Origin: Amoebidium appalachense
Taxonomy: Eukaryota > Protista > Ichthyosporea
Length of the DNA: 64,000 bases
Direction: 5' to 3'
Assembly (NCBI GenBank): GCA_963693365.1
Contig: CAVNZM010000003.1
Location: 2,398,408 to 2,462,407 of the forward strand
The notes below the pieces were generated by a model, which was given only the letters and a program-made list of their open reading frames with translations, was not told the DNA's origin and searched no databases. Positions 25,020 to 37,943 of this stretch are shown here, in pieces; position 1 is the first letter of the stretch; every line of letters begins with the position of its first letter. The position numbers and the translations under genes are program-made.

Positions 25020-26793
25020 CCCCACAACCCCAACTGTGTGCTGAATATCTCGTGCTAGGAAACCAATAACGCGAAAGTAACACATGCTGCATGATATATG
25101 ATGTACATGGTACAAAGGAGGTTTCAATCCGGGCTACAATGTTGTGTTTTTTTCGGGTGACCCTCGTACTCCAGAGGCACACTCACCATCCCCCCCATAA
25201 ATTTTGTGGTAAATTTCTCGTTCCAGAAGCTGTTCTGTGGGTAGTTATTGAAAAAAACCAATAATGTGCAAGTAACATATGTACATATACTATGCCACAA
25301 GGGGGGTTCTATACGAGCTACAACGTTGTGTTTTTTTCGTGTGACCCTCGCACTCCAGGGGCACATTCCCCATCCCCCCCATAAACTGTGTGGTAACTTT
25401 CTCGTGCTAGAGGCTATTCTGTGGGTAGTTATTGAAAACCCAATAATGTCTAGGTAACATATCTACATATTCTATGCTACAAGGGGGGTTCTATACGAGC
25501 TACAACGTTGTGTTTTTTTGTGTGTGACCCTCGTACTCCAGGGGCACATTCCCCATCCCCCCCATAAACTTTGTGGTAAATGTTTCGTGCTAGAAGCTGT
25601 TCTGTGGGTAGATATTGAAAAAACCAACTTAATGTGTAAGCAACACATGTACATATACTATGCTACAAGGGGGGTTCTATTCGAGCTACAACGTTGTGTT
25701 TTTTTCGTGTGACCCTCGCACTCCAGGGGCACATTCCCCATCCCCCCCATAAACTGTGTGGTAACTTTCTCGTGCTAGAAGCTGTTCTGTGGGTAGTTAT
25801 TGAAAAAACCAATCATGTGTAAGCAACGCATGTACATATACTATGCTACAAGGGGGGTTCTATTCGAGCTACAACGTTGTGTTTTTTTCGTGTGACCCTC
25901 GTACTCCAGGGGCACATTCCCCATCCCCCCCATAAACTGTGTGGTAAAGTTCTCGTGCTAGAAGCTGTTCTGTGGGTAGTTATTGAAAAAACCAATAATG
26001 TGTAAGCAACACATGTACATATACTATGCTACAAGGGGGGTTCTATTCGAGCTACAACGTTGTGTTTTTTTCGTGTGACCCTCGTACTCCAGGGGGGCAC
26101 ATTCCCCATCCCCCCCATAAACTGTGTGGTAAATTTCTCGTGCTAGAAGCTGTTCTGTGGGTAGTTATTGAAAAAACCAAAAATGTCTAGGTAACACATG
26201 GACATATACTATGCTACAAGGGGGGTTCTATACGAGCTACAACATTGTGTTTTTTTCGTGTGACCCTCGTACTCCAGGGGCACATTCACCATCCCCCCCA
26301 CAAACTGTGTGGTAAAGTTCTCGTGCTAGAGGCTATTCTGTGGGTAGTTATTGAAAAACCAATAATGTCTAGGTAACATATGTACATATTCTATGCTTTA
26401 AGGGGGGTTCTATACGAGCTACAACGTTGTGTTTTTTTTTGTGTGACCCTCGTACTCCAGGGGCACATTCCCCATCCCCCCCATAAACTTTGTGGTAAAT
26501 TTCTCGTGCTAGAGGCTGTTCTGTTGGTAGTTATTGAAAAAACCAAAAATGTCTACTGAGGTAACACATGGACATATACTATGCTACAAGGGGGGTTCTA
26601 TACGAGCTACAACGTTGTGTTTTTTTCGTGTGACCCTCGTACTCCAGGGGCACATTTACCATCCCCCCCATAAACTTTGTGGTAAATGTCTCGTGCTAGA
26701 GGCTGTTCTGTGGGTAGTTATTGAAAACCCAATAATGTCTAGGTAACATATGTACATATACTATGCTACAAGGGGGGTTCTATGCTACAAGGG
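25020..26793 (+). repeat. Tandem satellite, ~183-bp unit, about 9-10 copies
   Basis: GAGCTACAAC recurs at ~25315, 25497, 25683, 25866, 26049, 26234, 26416 and 26604. Confidence 0.95.
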
Positions 26794-26828
26794 GTGCATG
26801 TGCATGTGCATGTGCATGTGTGTGTGTG

Positions 26829-26870
<42 letters not shown>

Positions 26871-27602
26871 GGAGGGAGGGAGGGACGGAGGGAGGGAGGG
26901 ACGGGGGGAGGGAGGGAGGGATGGTTGGGAGGGAGGGAGGGAGGGGGGAGGGAGGGACGGAGGGAGGGACGGAGGGAGGGAGGGAGGGATGGTTGGGAGG
27001 GAGGGAGGGAGGGGGGGGAGGGGGGAGGGAGGGTGGGAGGGAGGGAGAAAAGAGAGAGAGACAGTGTGTGTGTGTGCATATCTGTATGTGTGTGTGTGTG
27101 TGTGTGTTTGCGTGTGTGTGTGTGTGTGCATATGTGAGTGTGCATGTGCATGTGTGTGTGTCTGTGTGTGCATATGTGCATGTGTGTGTGTGTGCCTGTG
27201 TGTGTGTGTGTATGCGTGTCTGTGTCTGATGTGTGGATGTCTGTGTATGTTGTGTGTGTGTGCATGTCTGTGTGTGTGTATGTGCTCAGTTGAAAGGGCA
27301 GGGGGGGAGAGGGGGGATGCACCGTGTGTGTGCATGTGTGCACGTGTGTGTGTGTGTGCTCTGTGGAGAGGGAAGGGGAGGGGGGAAATGCACCGTGTGT
27401 GTGCATGTATGTGTGTGTGTGTGTGTGTGTGTGTCTGTGTGTATGTGTGTGTGTGTGTGTTGTGTGTTTGTGTGTGTGTGCATGTCTGTGTGCGTCGTGT
27501 GTGGTGTGTGTGTGTGTGTGCATGTCTGTGCATGTGTGCATGTGCTCGGTGGAGAGGGAAGGGGAAGGGGGGGATTCGTGTCCGTGCATGTGTGCATGTG
27601 TG

Positions 27603-27637
<35 letters not shown>

Positions 27638-27836
27638 ATGTATGTGTGTGTGTATGTGCTCGGTTGAGAGGGAAGGGGGGGGGGGGATGCACCATGTGTG
27701 TGCATGTGTGCACGTGTGTGTGTGTGTGTGCTCTGTGGAGAGGGAATGGTAGGGGAGGAAATGCACCGTGTGTGTGCATATGTGTGTGTGTCTCTCTGTA
27801 TGTGTGTGTGTGTGTGTTGTGTGTTTGTGTGTGTGT

Positions 27837-27876
<40 letters not shown>

Positions 27877-27966
27877 CGTGTGTGTGAGTGCATGTTTCTG
27901 CATTGTGTGCGAGCATGTGGATGCCTTGGGAAGAGCAAGATTGGACGGTATCGAATGCTGTGTGTG

Positions 27967-28002
<36 letters not shown>

Positions 28003-28220
28003 CAATGATAAGCCGGCCATGTGTTTATCATGGCGCACCGGTAAATGCATGTGGCGATTATGTGTAAATATATAAACGGAAATACATTATAAAAAAGGAC
28101 TCACTCAACGAGATGAAGGAGCGTTACAGAACGTACGTGTCTGCCGCCCCCCCCCCCCCCCCCAACCCCCGCCCCCCCCCCCCCCAACCCCCCCTGTCTT
28201 CCCTCCTTCCCCCCACTACG

Positions 28221-28252
<32 letters not shown>

Positions 28253-28257
28253 CACGT

Positions 28258-28608
28258 CCCCCCTTGTAGCATAGTATATGTACATGTGTTGCTTACACAT
28301 TATTGGTTTTTTCAATAACTACCCACAGAACAGCTTCTAGCACGAGAAATTTACCACACAGTTTATGGGGGGGATGGGGAATGTGCCCCTGGAGTACGAG
28401 GGTCACACGAAAAAAACACACGGTTGTAGCTCGAATAGAACCCCCCTTGTAGCATAGTATATGTACATGCGTTGCTTACACATTATTGGTTTTTTCAATA
28501 ACTACCCACAGAACAGCTTCTAGCACGAGAAAGTTACCACACAGTTTATGGGGGGGATGGGGAATGTGCCCCTGGAGTGCGAGGGTCACACGAAAAAAAC
28601 ACAACGTT
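28258..28608 (-). repeat. About two inverted copies of the ~183-bp satellite unit
   Basis: Reverse complement of the 25020-26793 unit (CCCCCTTGTAGCATAGTATATGTACATG...). Confidence 0.92.
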
Positions 28609-28983
28609 GCACCCACTGTTTTGGCATGCAGCGAATTATCGCGCAAACAATTTTACACCGCAAAGACCCCCCCCGTCCATCCCCCCCAGTGCATCTGTTG
28701 CTTTCCCGTGCATGGTATACGTGTAGTGCACCATGCCCCCCACCAGCATGCACAACCACAACCTTCCTACGGCTTAGGGGGGCTTACACCCACTGTTTTG
28801 GCATGCAGCGAATTATCGCGCAAACAATTTTACACCGCAAAGACCCCCCCCCCCGTCCCCCCCCCCCCCCCATTGCATCTGTTGCTTTCCCGTGCATGGC
28901 ACACGTGTAATGCACCATGCCCCCCACCAGCATGCAGTGAGTGAGCATGCAGTGACTATTAGTGCAAATCAATCTGCATACAG

Positions 28984-29197
28984 GTTCTGTGACCGCATGG
29001 AAAAGACCTTCAAGGGCTGCAACCCATCAGAGATGAACTTCATAAAGTTCCACGTCGGCAAGCACTACTCCTTGGCCACAAAGGAGTTTGGGGCATTCGA
29101 GTCAGCTGAGGGTGGAGAGCGCCACCACAAGCTGTCGAAGGTGGCATACAAGTCCACTAACAAGAACACCATCACCTTTGAAAGCCAGGTAAATCAG

Positions 29198-29233
<36 letters not shown>

Positions 29234-30586
29234 CTCCCCCACCTCATCTGCCTGCTACCCTATGGATCACACCCTTCGTTTCTCACGTATTCACTAACTC
29301 TCCCCCTTCCTCTCTTCCTCCCCCCCCCCTCCCCCCCCCCCTCCCCCCCCCCCCACAACCCCCCCCCCCACCCCTTCCCCCAACACTCACCCTCCCCCCT
29401 TGCCCCCTCAACACACACACACCTTCGTACACACACAACAGATGGTGGAGAACATCAGAAGATACGAGGCTATGGCATTCCTCTCCAGCCTGGCTGACAG
29501 TAACCTCTTGGACAGAGGTGAGGTGGAGGACCCTAGTGGTGTTGTGGAGGACCCACTGGCTGTTGCAGCACAAGAAGAGGCCATTGCAGAGAAGCTTGGG
29601 GAGGATTTCATCCTGATCGGTGCAGTCCCCCCTTACCCAGTTAACCATAAAGAATATCCCCCCCCCCCCCCAACACACACACACAGAGACATGTGCATCG
29701 GTGGTCTTTTTTGATTTATTACCTCCACGTGGTGCTGGGTCGGACGACCAACTGTCCAATCGATGTACGAATGTATTCGTGGGTGTTCCAATTGGGTGTT
29801 AACGTATCATCCTCGTTTACCAACAAGGTGTTCGTACCCATTACATTAGTATCCTAGGACACGTGAACACTCTGATCTAGGCACAGGGTAATACCATTGA
29901 ATACACTCGTATAGTTGATGGCAATTTCGAAGGGTTGAACCCCCCTCCCCCCCCCCCCCCCCCACCCCCCCAGTGCAACTAAGGACTTCCCGTGCATAGT
30001 GCACCGTTCCCCCCACCAGCATACACGACCACAACCTTTCCACGGCCTAGGGGGGCTTGCACAAACTGTTTAAGCATGCAGCAACATATCGCGCAAACAA
30101 TTTTACACCGCAAAGACCCCCCCCCCCCCCCCCCCCCCTTCCATCCCCAGCAAACGGAAAACATAACAAACCGACATAACCACTCACACACACTATACCT
30201 TTTTCTACCTTTTTCTGATAGGTAAGGAACCAAAGCCGGTCTTCCTACGCCAACTTGACCAGACCTATCCTGGATGGAACGGGAACTACCATGCGTCCGT
30301 CAAGAAGCATCCTCAACTGAAGCAACTTCCGGCCCGCCTACAGTGGGCTTTAACCCCACCAGAGCAGCGGCCTGGCGGGGCACGGCTGCGTCGGGACCAG
30401 ATGCCCAACCCTGACGAGAATCAGGTGTGTTATTTTTCAGGGCACCTCTCCCTCTCTCCACCTCTCCTCCCCCACCCACTCTGCCTTTCCTTCATCCCTA
30501 TCCTCACCCTGCTCCCCCTCCCCCATCCTCCCTCCCCCCCTCCTCCCCCCACCCCCCTTTTTCCTTGTGTTACATGTTCTCATCAC

Positions 30587-30620
<34 letters not shown>

Positions 30621-31070
30621 ACGCACACACACACAAAACCCTTCCAACAACCTTTTGCCCAGATACACGTCTACCGGTCCATCCACATCAGAGAGGAGGG
30701 AAGCAAGTTATACTTCCGGGTGGTGGCATCGGACTCATTCTATGGGAGCCCTCGCTACGACAGCATTCAGGTGGATGCTGTTGACGACCAAGGCAACAAG
30801 GACGAGTGGTATGCGCGGGTCTTGTGTTTGTTTAAATGCATGCACGAGGGAGAACGTAGGTGCTTTGCATTCGTTCAGTGGTATGAGAAGAAAGGGATGT
30901 GTTGTCGGTGTGGGTGTGAAAAGCTGGTTCTTGTAGACCATTACGAATGCATAGAGGTGGAATCGATTCTAGGGCTCGTGCACGTGGTTCCTAGGTTTGG
31001 AAAGGGCCCCAATGATTTCTATGTAAACAGGTTTATCTACCTGGGGACTGTGACTGAGCGCCAGAGCTGA
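28984..31070 (+). CDS. Plavaka-like transposase, C-terminal four exons (5' exons not found)
   Basis: Phase-compatible exons 28984-29188, 29442-29619, 30222-30424, 30663-31070. They encode NFIKFHVGKHY...EFG...GERHHKLSKVAYKSTN and the terminal RYDSIQV...ARVLCLF...AFVQWY...SILGLVHVVPRF...FYVNRF domain. Confidence 0.82.
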
Positions 31071-31401
31071 GTATGTAATTGGTCGTGCACGTGTAATCAT
31101 CAATCTCCTTGGCTTGCATTATTTGATGTGTGTGTGTGTGTGTGTGATATTGATAGGACCCGATAAAGAAGTGTGTGTGTTCGTGTGTTGTTCAACTGAC
31201 TGTTCAGTAACTATACGTGAATAGTCATAACCTAAGAGGACGATGAGTATTACATTGTGCCGCCTGTTTGTTTGAATGTTCGTACCCATAGAATGAAGGA
31301 AACCGAAACTGTGTACCGTAAAGTTTGTAACAGCATGAATGCCCCTTTACGATCTCAAAATAAATCGAAGGACTGTATAACCCGTGTGTGCGTGTGTGCG
31401 C

Positions 31402-31443
<42 letters not shown>

Positions 31444-32284
31444 ATATGTCCGTGTGTGCATCAGCCACACAGCGCACGCACAAACGCGTGCATGCATGCA
31501 CGCACGCACACACACACACACACACACACGCACGCACACACACACACATACACGCACACACACACAGACACACATACACGCACACACACGCACACACACA
31601 CACACGCACACACACATACACAAAACACATACACACACGTGCGCGCAGGCACACACGCACGCACGCGCACACACACACGCATATACAGACACACGTCACA
31701 GAACTCCAAACAAGCACGTAGGCACTCAACAGTGTATTCACGAATACATGATGTGTTCACAAGGCGACGATGTTCAGGGATATTCGTCCAATCAAAAGTC
31801 TCCAAATATTTCCCACAATCACAACGACCGAGGATGTTTTTGCCCTATATAAAGCCAGTATTCCCACCACTACTAATTGTGCGCAGGTATACCTGCGCAC
31901 ATATTAGCACTCCACATGACGTAGTATTAAAAACCCGTGGATATATATTTTTTTTTCGTGCTCACTACTATATTATAGCCTTGCTAATTAATCAATATTT
32001 GAGCTCTTTGCTGTTTATTTCATATTTTACATTTCGCCGCGAGCTGCAAACAGAGTTGGCTTTTATATTTATTGAAGGGTATCGATACCTGCGTATTTCA
32101 AATAATACCGTCAAACATTTATAATAAAATTTGTTGATGTCTATACAGTGTTTCAAATAAACCTTCTTAAAACATTCAATCTATATTTTAGCTTTTTAGC
32201 ACATCCCCCCCTTTTTTTAGTTATCTACGCAGTGGTTTTTGTCGCTCTCCCTTGCCTGGGTGCTTTAAAAAGCTATATATATAT

Positions 32285-33335
32285 CGGCGGTGTCCGTTTG
32301 TGTTCATGGCACGTTCAACGTGTATTCAGCGTGAGCACTCGTTTGCACTGATGGATATTCAGTTGCACCAAGCTCCTCCCCTGCCGGCGGCGGCGAACGC
32401 GGCGGAGCTGCGTTCGAATCGTGCTCAATCCTGTACAAAAACGTTCTAATCGACTGTTCGCAGAATGAAAAATAAAAAAATGGCACGAAAACTGGCCAAA
32501 ATGGTGTTACAAATTTACTGGAATGCAACAGTATATACAAAAACGTACAAAAACGTTCGGGTTGGGCACTTTGTTGCATTTTTGAGCATTCAGCGAATGT
32601 ACATCCGGGAAACTGGGTACTGGTCATAACGATCTGTGCCAGAGCCGCTGTCCATTGGTGGATCTCACTCAGGATCATGGTGGCATATCCGCGGTGTACA
32701 TGTGGGGTTTAATTTCGCTCTTCTCTTTCTTTTCTCGTTTGTTGTAACCAGCACAGCGTTACAAGGCGGTCGCAGTAGACGCAATAAAGCTACATATAAT
32801 ATATATATATATATATATATTACGTACTACTCCCACCGTCACGCGAACCTGCCTTGCTCAGCCTCACTCGATGCGCGTATCCGTGTGTGTTCATGGAATG
32901 TTCAATCAGAACATTTGTGGATAGCCATTGGCACCCAGCTCCTCCCCTGCCGGCGCGGCGGAGCTGCGTTCGAATCGTGCTCAATCCTGTACAAAAACGT
33001 TCTAATCGACTGTTCGCAGAATGAAAAATAAAAAAATGGCACGAAAACTGGCCAAAACGGTGTTACAAATTTACTGGAATGCAACAGTATATACAAAAAC
33101 GTACAAAAACGTTCGGGTTGGGCACGTTTTTGCATTTTTGAGCATTCAGCGAATGTACATCCGGGAAACTGGGTACTGGTCATGACGATCTGTGCCAAAG
33201 CCGCTGGCCATTGGTGGATCTCATTCAGGAATGCGGCGAGCGCAGCAAGGCCGTTTCAATGGGCGTACATCCAACCTTTTTTCGTTTCGGTCCGGTCTGT
33301 TCTTTGCAAAAAGCACAGCGTTACAGGGCGGTCAA
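32285..33335 (+). repeat. ~470-bp direct duplication upstream of the zinc-finger passenger gene
   Basis: Near-identical blocks at ~32285-32770 and ~32875-33335 (GGAGCTGCGTTCGAATCG...CATTGGTGGATCTCA). Confidence 0.88.
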
Positions 33336-33436
33336 AGTAGCTAGACACAGCCTTCACTTAGTAATTCTTATATAAGCATACCCGAACCTTTCCCTGTCGT
33401 TCCCTTACGTTTCTCCGCCATAGTATAACCTTCAAC

Positions 33437-34866
33437 ATGAGCGATTCGCCAGCAGACGCGCAACAAAAGGTAGTTGTTGAGTAAAAATTGATGAGTTGGT
33501 CGTGAAAATCCAAAATGGCCTGAACATTTCGACTCTTTCAATTCCTCTCGGTACAACAAGCCCTCTTCAGTTTGTTTCAACAACACCTGATCAAGTCGGC
33601 AGGCCAAATCGCCAACTTGGGTTTCAAGCCCCCACCCCCGCTAGGGCCTCCCCGCCGGCCTCTCACCCGCTTGTACCAGAAAACCGCGTCATCACACCCG
33701 CCGTTGCTCGCCAGCTCATCACGGACATCGGCGCAGACAAATGGCTGTCGTGCCTCTGTGTCCGGGCTCCCCAGGTCGAGGGCGTTACCGTGCAGCGGGA
33801 ACCGTCGAGTTTTGGACAATGCGTAGGGTACAGTGCACCCCCTCACAACGCCACTCAGTGCAAGAAGAAAGCAACGGAGGAAGGTGGTCTGTGTGTGCTG
33901 CACCAGGCACAACTTGGGACCGGAGGAGGCTATGGCCAGGTTCACATTGGTCCCCTCTTTCCCCATCTCTCCTACTCACACACATTGTCACCCTGACGAG
34001 CAGACATCTTTGTGCCTGGATACTCACACTCTAGCTCCCCACAGTCTTGCACCTCACCTCTGTCTCTTGTTTCTTCGCATATACCCCCCCTCGCCCCCAC
34101 CAGCTTTCCTCCGCCCCTCCCCCCCTCCCCCTTCCCCCCTTACACGGTCTGAACCCGAGTTGTCTTTCTGACGTTTCTCCCACTCTCATCTTGCTCCCCC
34201 CCCCCCCCCCCCCGCCTAAACCTCCCCCCCCCCCCCCCCCCGTCCCCAACCAATACTTCCCCTTCCCTCCTCTCCTCTCACTTCTCCTGGGCCATCCCCT
34301 CTTCCCCCCTACACACACACCCTCCCCCTTCCCCCCCCCCCCCTCCCCCCCCTTCCCCCCCCCCCCCTGGGCCCCTCCTGCACACACTCAGGTTCACAAA
34401 TGCAAGAAGTTCCTGTGCGCAAACCTGGTCACCTGCTGCGAAGGGTACTGTGTGTCCCATACAGTTCACTTCCATCTTGAGCGCAACGGTGAGACACCCC
34501 CCCCCTCCCCCCCCCCCCCCCCCCCCCTATCCCCCCCCCCCCCCCTCCCCCGCCCTTCCTTCCCCAGTCCCCCGCTCGCCCCCCACCGCCCCCTCACCCC
34601 ACTAGCCTGCGGTTTAAACCAACCGGCCTTTGAACAGGAGTGTGGCCTCATGTTTGTTACTTCTTAGTGTTCTTTTGCTAACCCCCAGGATCCTCCCCCC
34701 CCCCCCCCCCCCCTCGCCCCTCATCAGCCACATACATTCCTTCCCCATGCTCTGCTTGCACCCCCCCCCCCCCCCCCCCTAAACCTGCCGTCCCCTTCCC
34801 CCCACCCCCCCCCCCCCCCCCCCACCACGCACACACGGACACGCACACGCGTGCACACTTACACAC

Positions 34867-34914
<48 letters not shown>

Positions 34915-35029
34915 ACATACACACACACAAACACCACACACACACACACACATACACACATGCACACATGCACACACACATGCAGGTTCTCAGATAGTTC
35001 ACTCGCCTGCGGCAGCATCTTCAAGTTAA
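33437..35029 (+). CDS. Intact 4-exon passenger gene, ~180 aa, with two C3H-type zinc fingers
   Basis: Exons 33437-33469, 33571-33939, 34392-34488, 34986-35029 splice in phase; motifs C-x12-C-x10-C-x2-H and C-x4-C-x10-C-x2-H; AATAAA ~40 nt after the stop. Confidence 0.68.
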
Positions 35030-35722
35030 CGAAGCCACCACCAAGCTACTAGGGACTGCCGTTAATTTAGTAATAAAAGAAAGTGATAAAAAAACCTTGA
35101 GTCCGGGTCCTTAACCCCCCCCCCCCCCCCCCCCCCCCATCCTTTTGCATACATGAATATGCAGGCTGAATGTACATGTACACGGTAGTTGTACTACTGG
35201 AATATACCATCTTCTTCATATTCATTAGCATTCATATTCATATTCAATATTATCTGAGATGTGCCCAGCTACTATCCATGTATGTTCACGAAGAGTATGG
35301 GGTTAGTACACATGAGTACCATATGGACACTATGCGGTGCAATGGAATACATAGTGTATAGGTGATATTCAGAGGGTATTCATAGGATATTGTGTGGTAC
35401 CAGTGACTGTTCAGTATGAGTATTTGGGTTGGTATACTATACGTGTTCATAGTGTGTTACAAGAATACAATCGAATACGCGTTGCGTGGGTATTACTTGA
35501 ATGTTCGTCATTAGGTATTCACATATATTCCGCATGTGTTCCATATGTGTTCGTCTGACATTCATAAGGCATTCATGAATACATGGTGCCCGTTAGTGTT
35601 CATTGGAATGCCATACACGTGTACGAGTGTATCATTTAATGTTCTGGCTGAATATTCATGGTCGCGTTTTGGACAGTATATTCCAATAATATTCAAGTAC
35701 ACCCCGGGGGGGTTTGCTGATG

Positions 35723-37723
35723 GGGGGGCTAGTGAGAGACGGGGGGGGGAGGGGGGGAAGGGGGGGAGAGTGAGCAGAAAGGAATAGATGCTGTGTCTGT
35801 GGATGTGTCTTCTTGGGTTCCGGGGTTGCTTGCTTATAAGTGTAGGAGAGGGGGGGGGAGGTATTTGTCAGTGTCTGAGGTCGGGACCGAGTCCCATGGC
35901 TCGGCCCCTGCCTTAGGACCTACGGCTTTGATCTTAGCTCAGGAGGAAGATGTGTTGATTGGTCTGGTTAAGAATTATTTAAAGGGGCCGGTTGATTCGA
36001 TTAAATTTAAAAATAAAAGGCAGATGATTAAGGTAGCTAAGTTAGCAAAAATGTGTCAGGTAGAGCAGGATTTAGTTTATCATTGTTCTGGGCCAGACGG
36101 ACACCGAGTTTGGGTCCCGACGGCACTTGTGCCTGAGGTTTTGCATATGGTGCATGAGCATCCCATGGCTGGTCATTTAGGTGTAAATAGGACGTTGCTT
36201 CGTGTTAATCGTTCGTATTTTTGGCCGGGTATGAGTAGGGAGGTGAGGGATTATGTGTTGTCATGCATGCATTGTCAGGAAAGGAATGAGAGTCCCCACT
36301 CTCGTTCCCGCCCGTCGTTTATTAGGGATTTTAATGTTCGTATGTTTGAAAGGGTAGCAGTGGATGTGGTCGGTCCTTTTAATTCTACGGTTGAGGGTAA
36401 CACTGTTCTTGTTACCGTCACCGATGTGGCCACTCGTTGGGTTGAAGTTTTTCCTCTCCCCACTGCTAATGCCGTTTTGTTTGCTCGTATTTTTGTGGAT
36501 GAAATTTGTCTTAGGTTTGGTTGTCCTCGTGTTTTGTTAACGGATAGGAGTCGTGTGTTTTTAAATCAGTTGGTGTCGGAGGTATGTAAAATTTTAAGGG
36601 TAGCTCATATCACTACGTCTGCATATCACCCTCAAGCAAATGCCATCTCTGAACGTGTGCATGCAGTGTTTCAGAAGTCCTTTGGCAAAATGGTGGATGT
36701 GGAGGCTAATGATTGGGATCATATGTCTAGGTTTATTGCTCATTCATATAATTCTACCCCTCATGCTGTGACTGGTTTTTCTCCGTTTTATTTGGTCTAT
36801 GGGCAGGAGGCTATTAGTCTGTTGGATACGGCACTTTTGCCGATGGGGGGGGCTGACCGACTAACCTATCCCCACTGGACTGAGTTCCGGGAGCAGCTAC
36901 TAACCCGGGCCCGGGCTGCACGTGATGCAGCTCTGGCCCGTACACAGCAGGCACAGACACGTGCAGACGTGTCCACACGTCCGTTACGTGAACTTGCCGA
37001 GGGTACTTTAGTTTTAATTAGGGATCATACTAGGAAAAAGAGATATAAGCAGGAGCAGGAAGGTAAGGGTGAAGGTGAAGGTCTTCGTAAGTATGGTAAG
37101 AAATGGTTGCCTCTTTTCATTGGCCCGTATAAAATAGTGGCTAGGTTAGGTCCGACGGAATATAAGGTGCAGAGGTTAGATAATGAGAGTGAATTAGATT
37201 TTTTAATGTAGATGATATAAAAGAATATTATGATAGGGCCCTTAGGGTAAAACGGCCGGAGGGCCGTCGAGTGTTAGATGCATTCACCCCCGACTATGAC
37301 GGGTCGGTGGATGTATCGGAGGCTGCAGTAGATAAAATTATGGATAAAAAGGTTATCGAAGGTAAGGAAGGTAAGGTAAATTATTATTTAATTCGTTTTG
37401 AGGGGGGTTATCAGGAAGATCAGTGGTTGCCTGAGTTTCATTTGGATTGCCCGTTTTCTATTCGTGCTTATGAGGCTAGATTAGTGCAGAGGGAGTTGCC
37501 TAGTGCTCCCTCTCGGCCAAAGAGAGTTATTCCTCAGTTTAACCGTGGTGTGAAAAAGTCGGTGGGGGAGGGGGCCGGGGGGGGAGTGATGCAAATACAC
37601 GTAGACACACGGGGGGAGGGGGAGGGAGGGGAGGAGACCGAGGAGGAGTGTGAACGTAGTCGTAGGAATTTAATTTATTATCATAGGTGTCTCCGTAGGT
37701 ATCAAGCTTATGGTGTAGATTAA
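35723..37723 (+). pseudogene. pol: pol of element B, 3' part: integrase plus chromodomain (frameshift ~37200)
   Basis: HEHPMAGHLG...CMHCQ (HHCC); D(VVGP)...TD(RS)...ER catalytic triad; GPY motif; chromodomain VDKIMDKK...YYLIRFEGGYQEDQWLP. Confidence 0.94.
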
Positions 37724-37855
37724 TTTACTATTTTTCTTCGTAATTTATTTAATTTAATTTTTTTAGGAGACTGATTAGTCTATGTCTTTTTAGGGGGTGT
37801 TAGATGTAATGTGACTGAGGTGGGACTCAGCTTTTCCGGGGGCCGGGGGGGGAGT

Positions 37856-37906
37856 TGACATATACTAATCCGTCTCAGCAGATTAGCCTAGGTCTACGAT
37901 CGAGAT

Positions 37907-37943
<37 letters not shown>

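Larger units (their letters stand above)
21031..35722. mobile_element. Plavaka-type (EnSpm/CACTA-related) DNA transposon, 14.7 kb
   Basis: 14-bp TIR CATCAGCAAACCCC / GGGGTTTGCTGATG. It is inserted in a G run, so TSD length is ambiguous (2-4 G). Subterminal regions are rich in GAATAC/GTATTC; pol resumes on the far side; internal transposase exons are present. Confidence 0.9.

Noticed and set aside
25020-26793. CRISPR or coding repeat
   Set aside because: Whole units repeat with no unique spacers and there is no sustained ORF; it is a satellite.
26763-28075. Long His/Thr, Cys/Val, Pro or Gly-rich ORFs here and throughout the ORF track
   Set aside because: They are translations of (CA)n/(GT)n/(GA)n and poly-C/G tracts that lack stops by composition.
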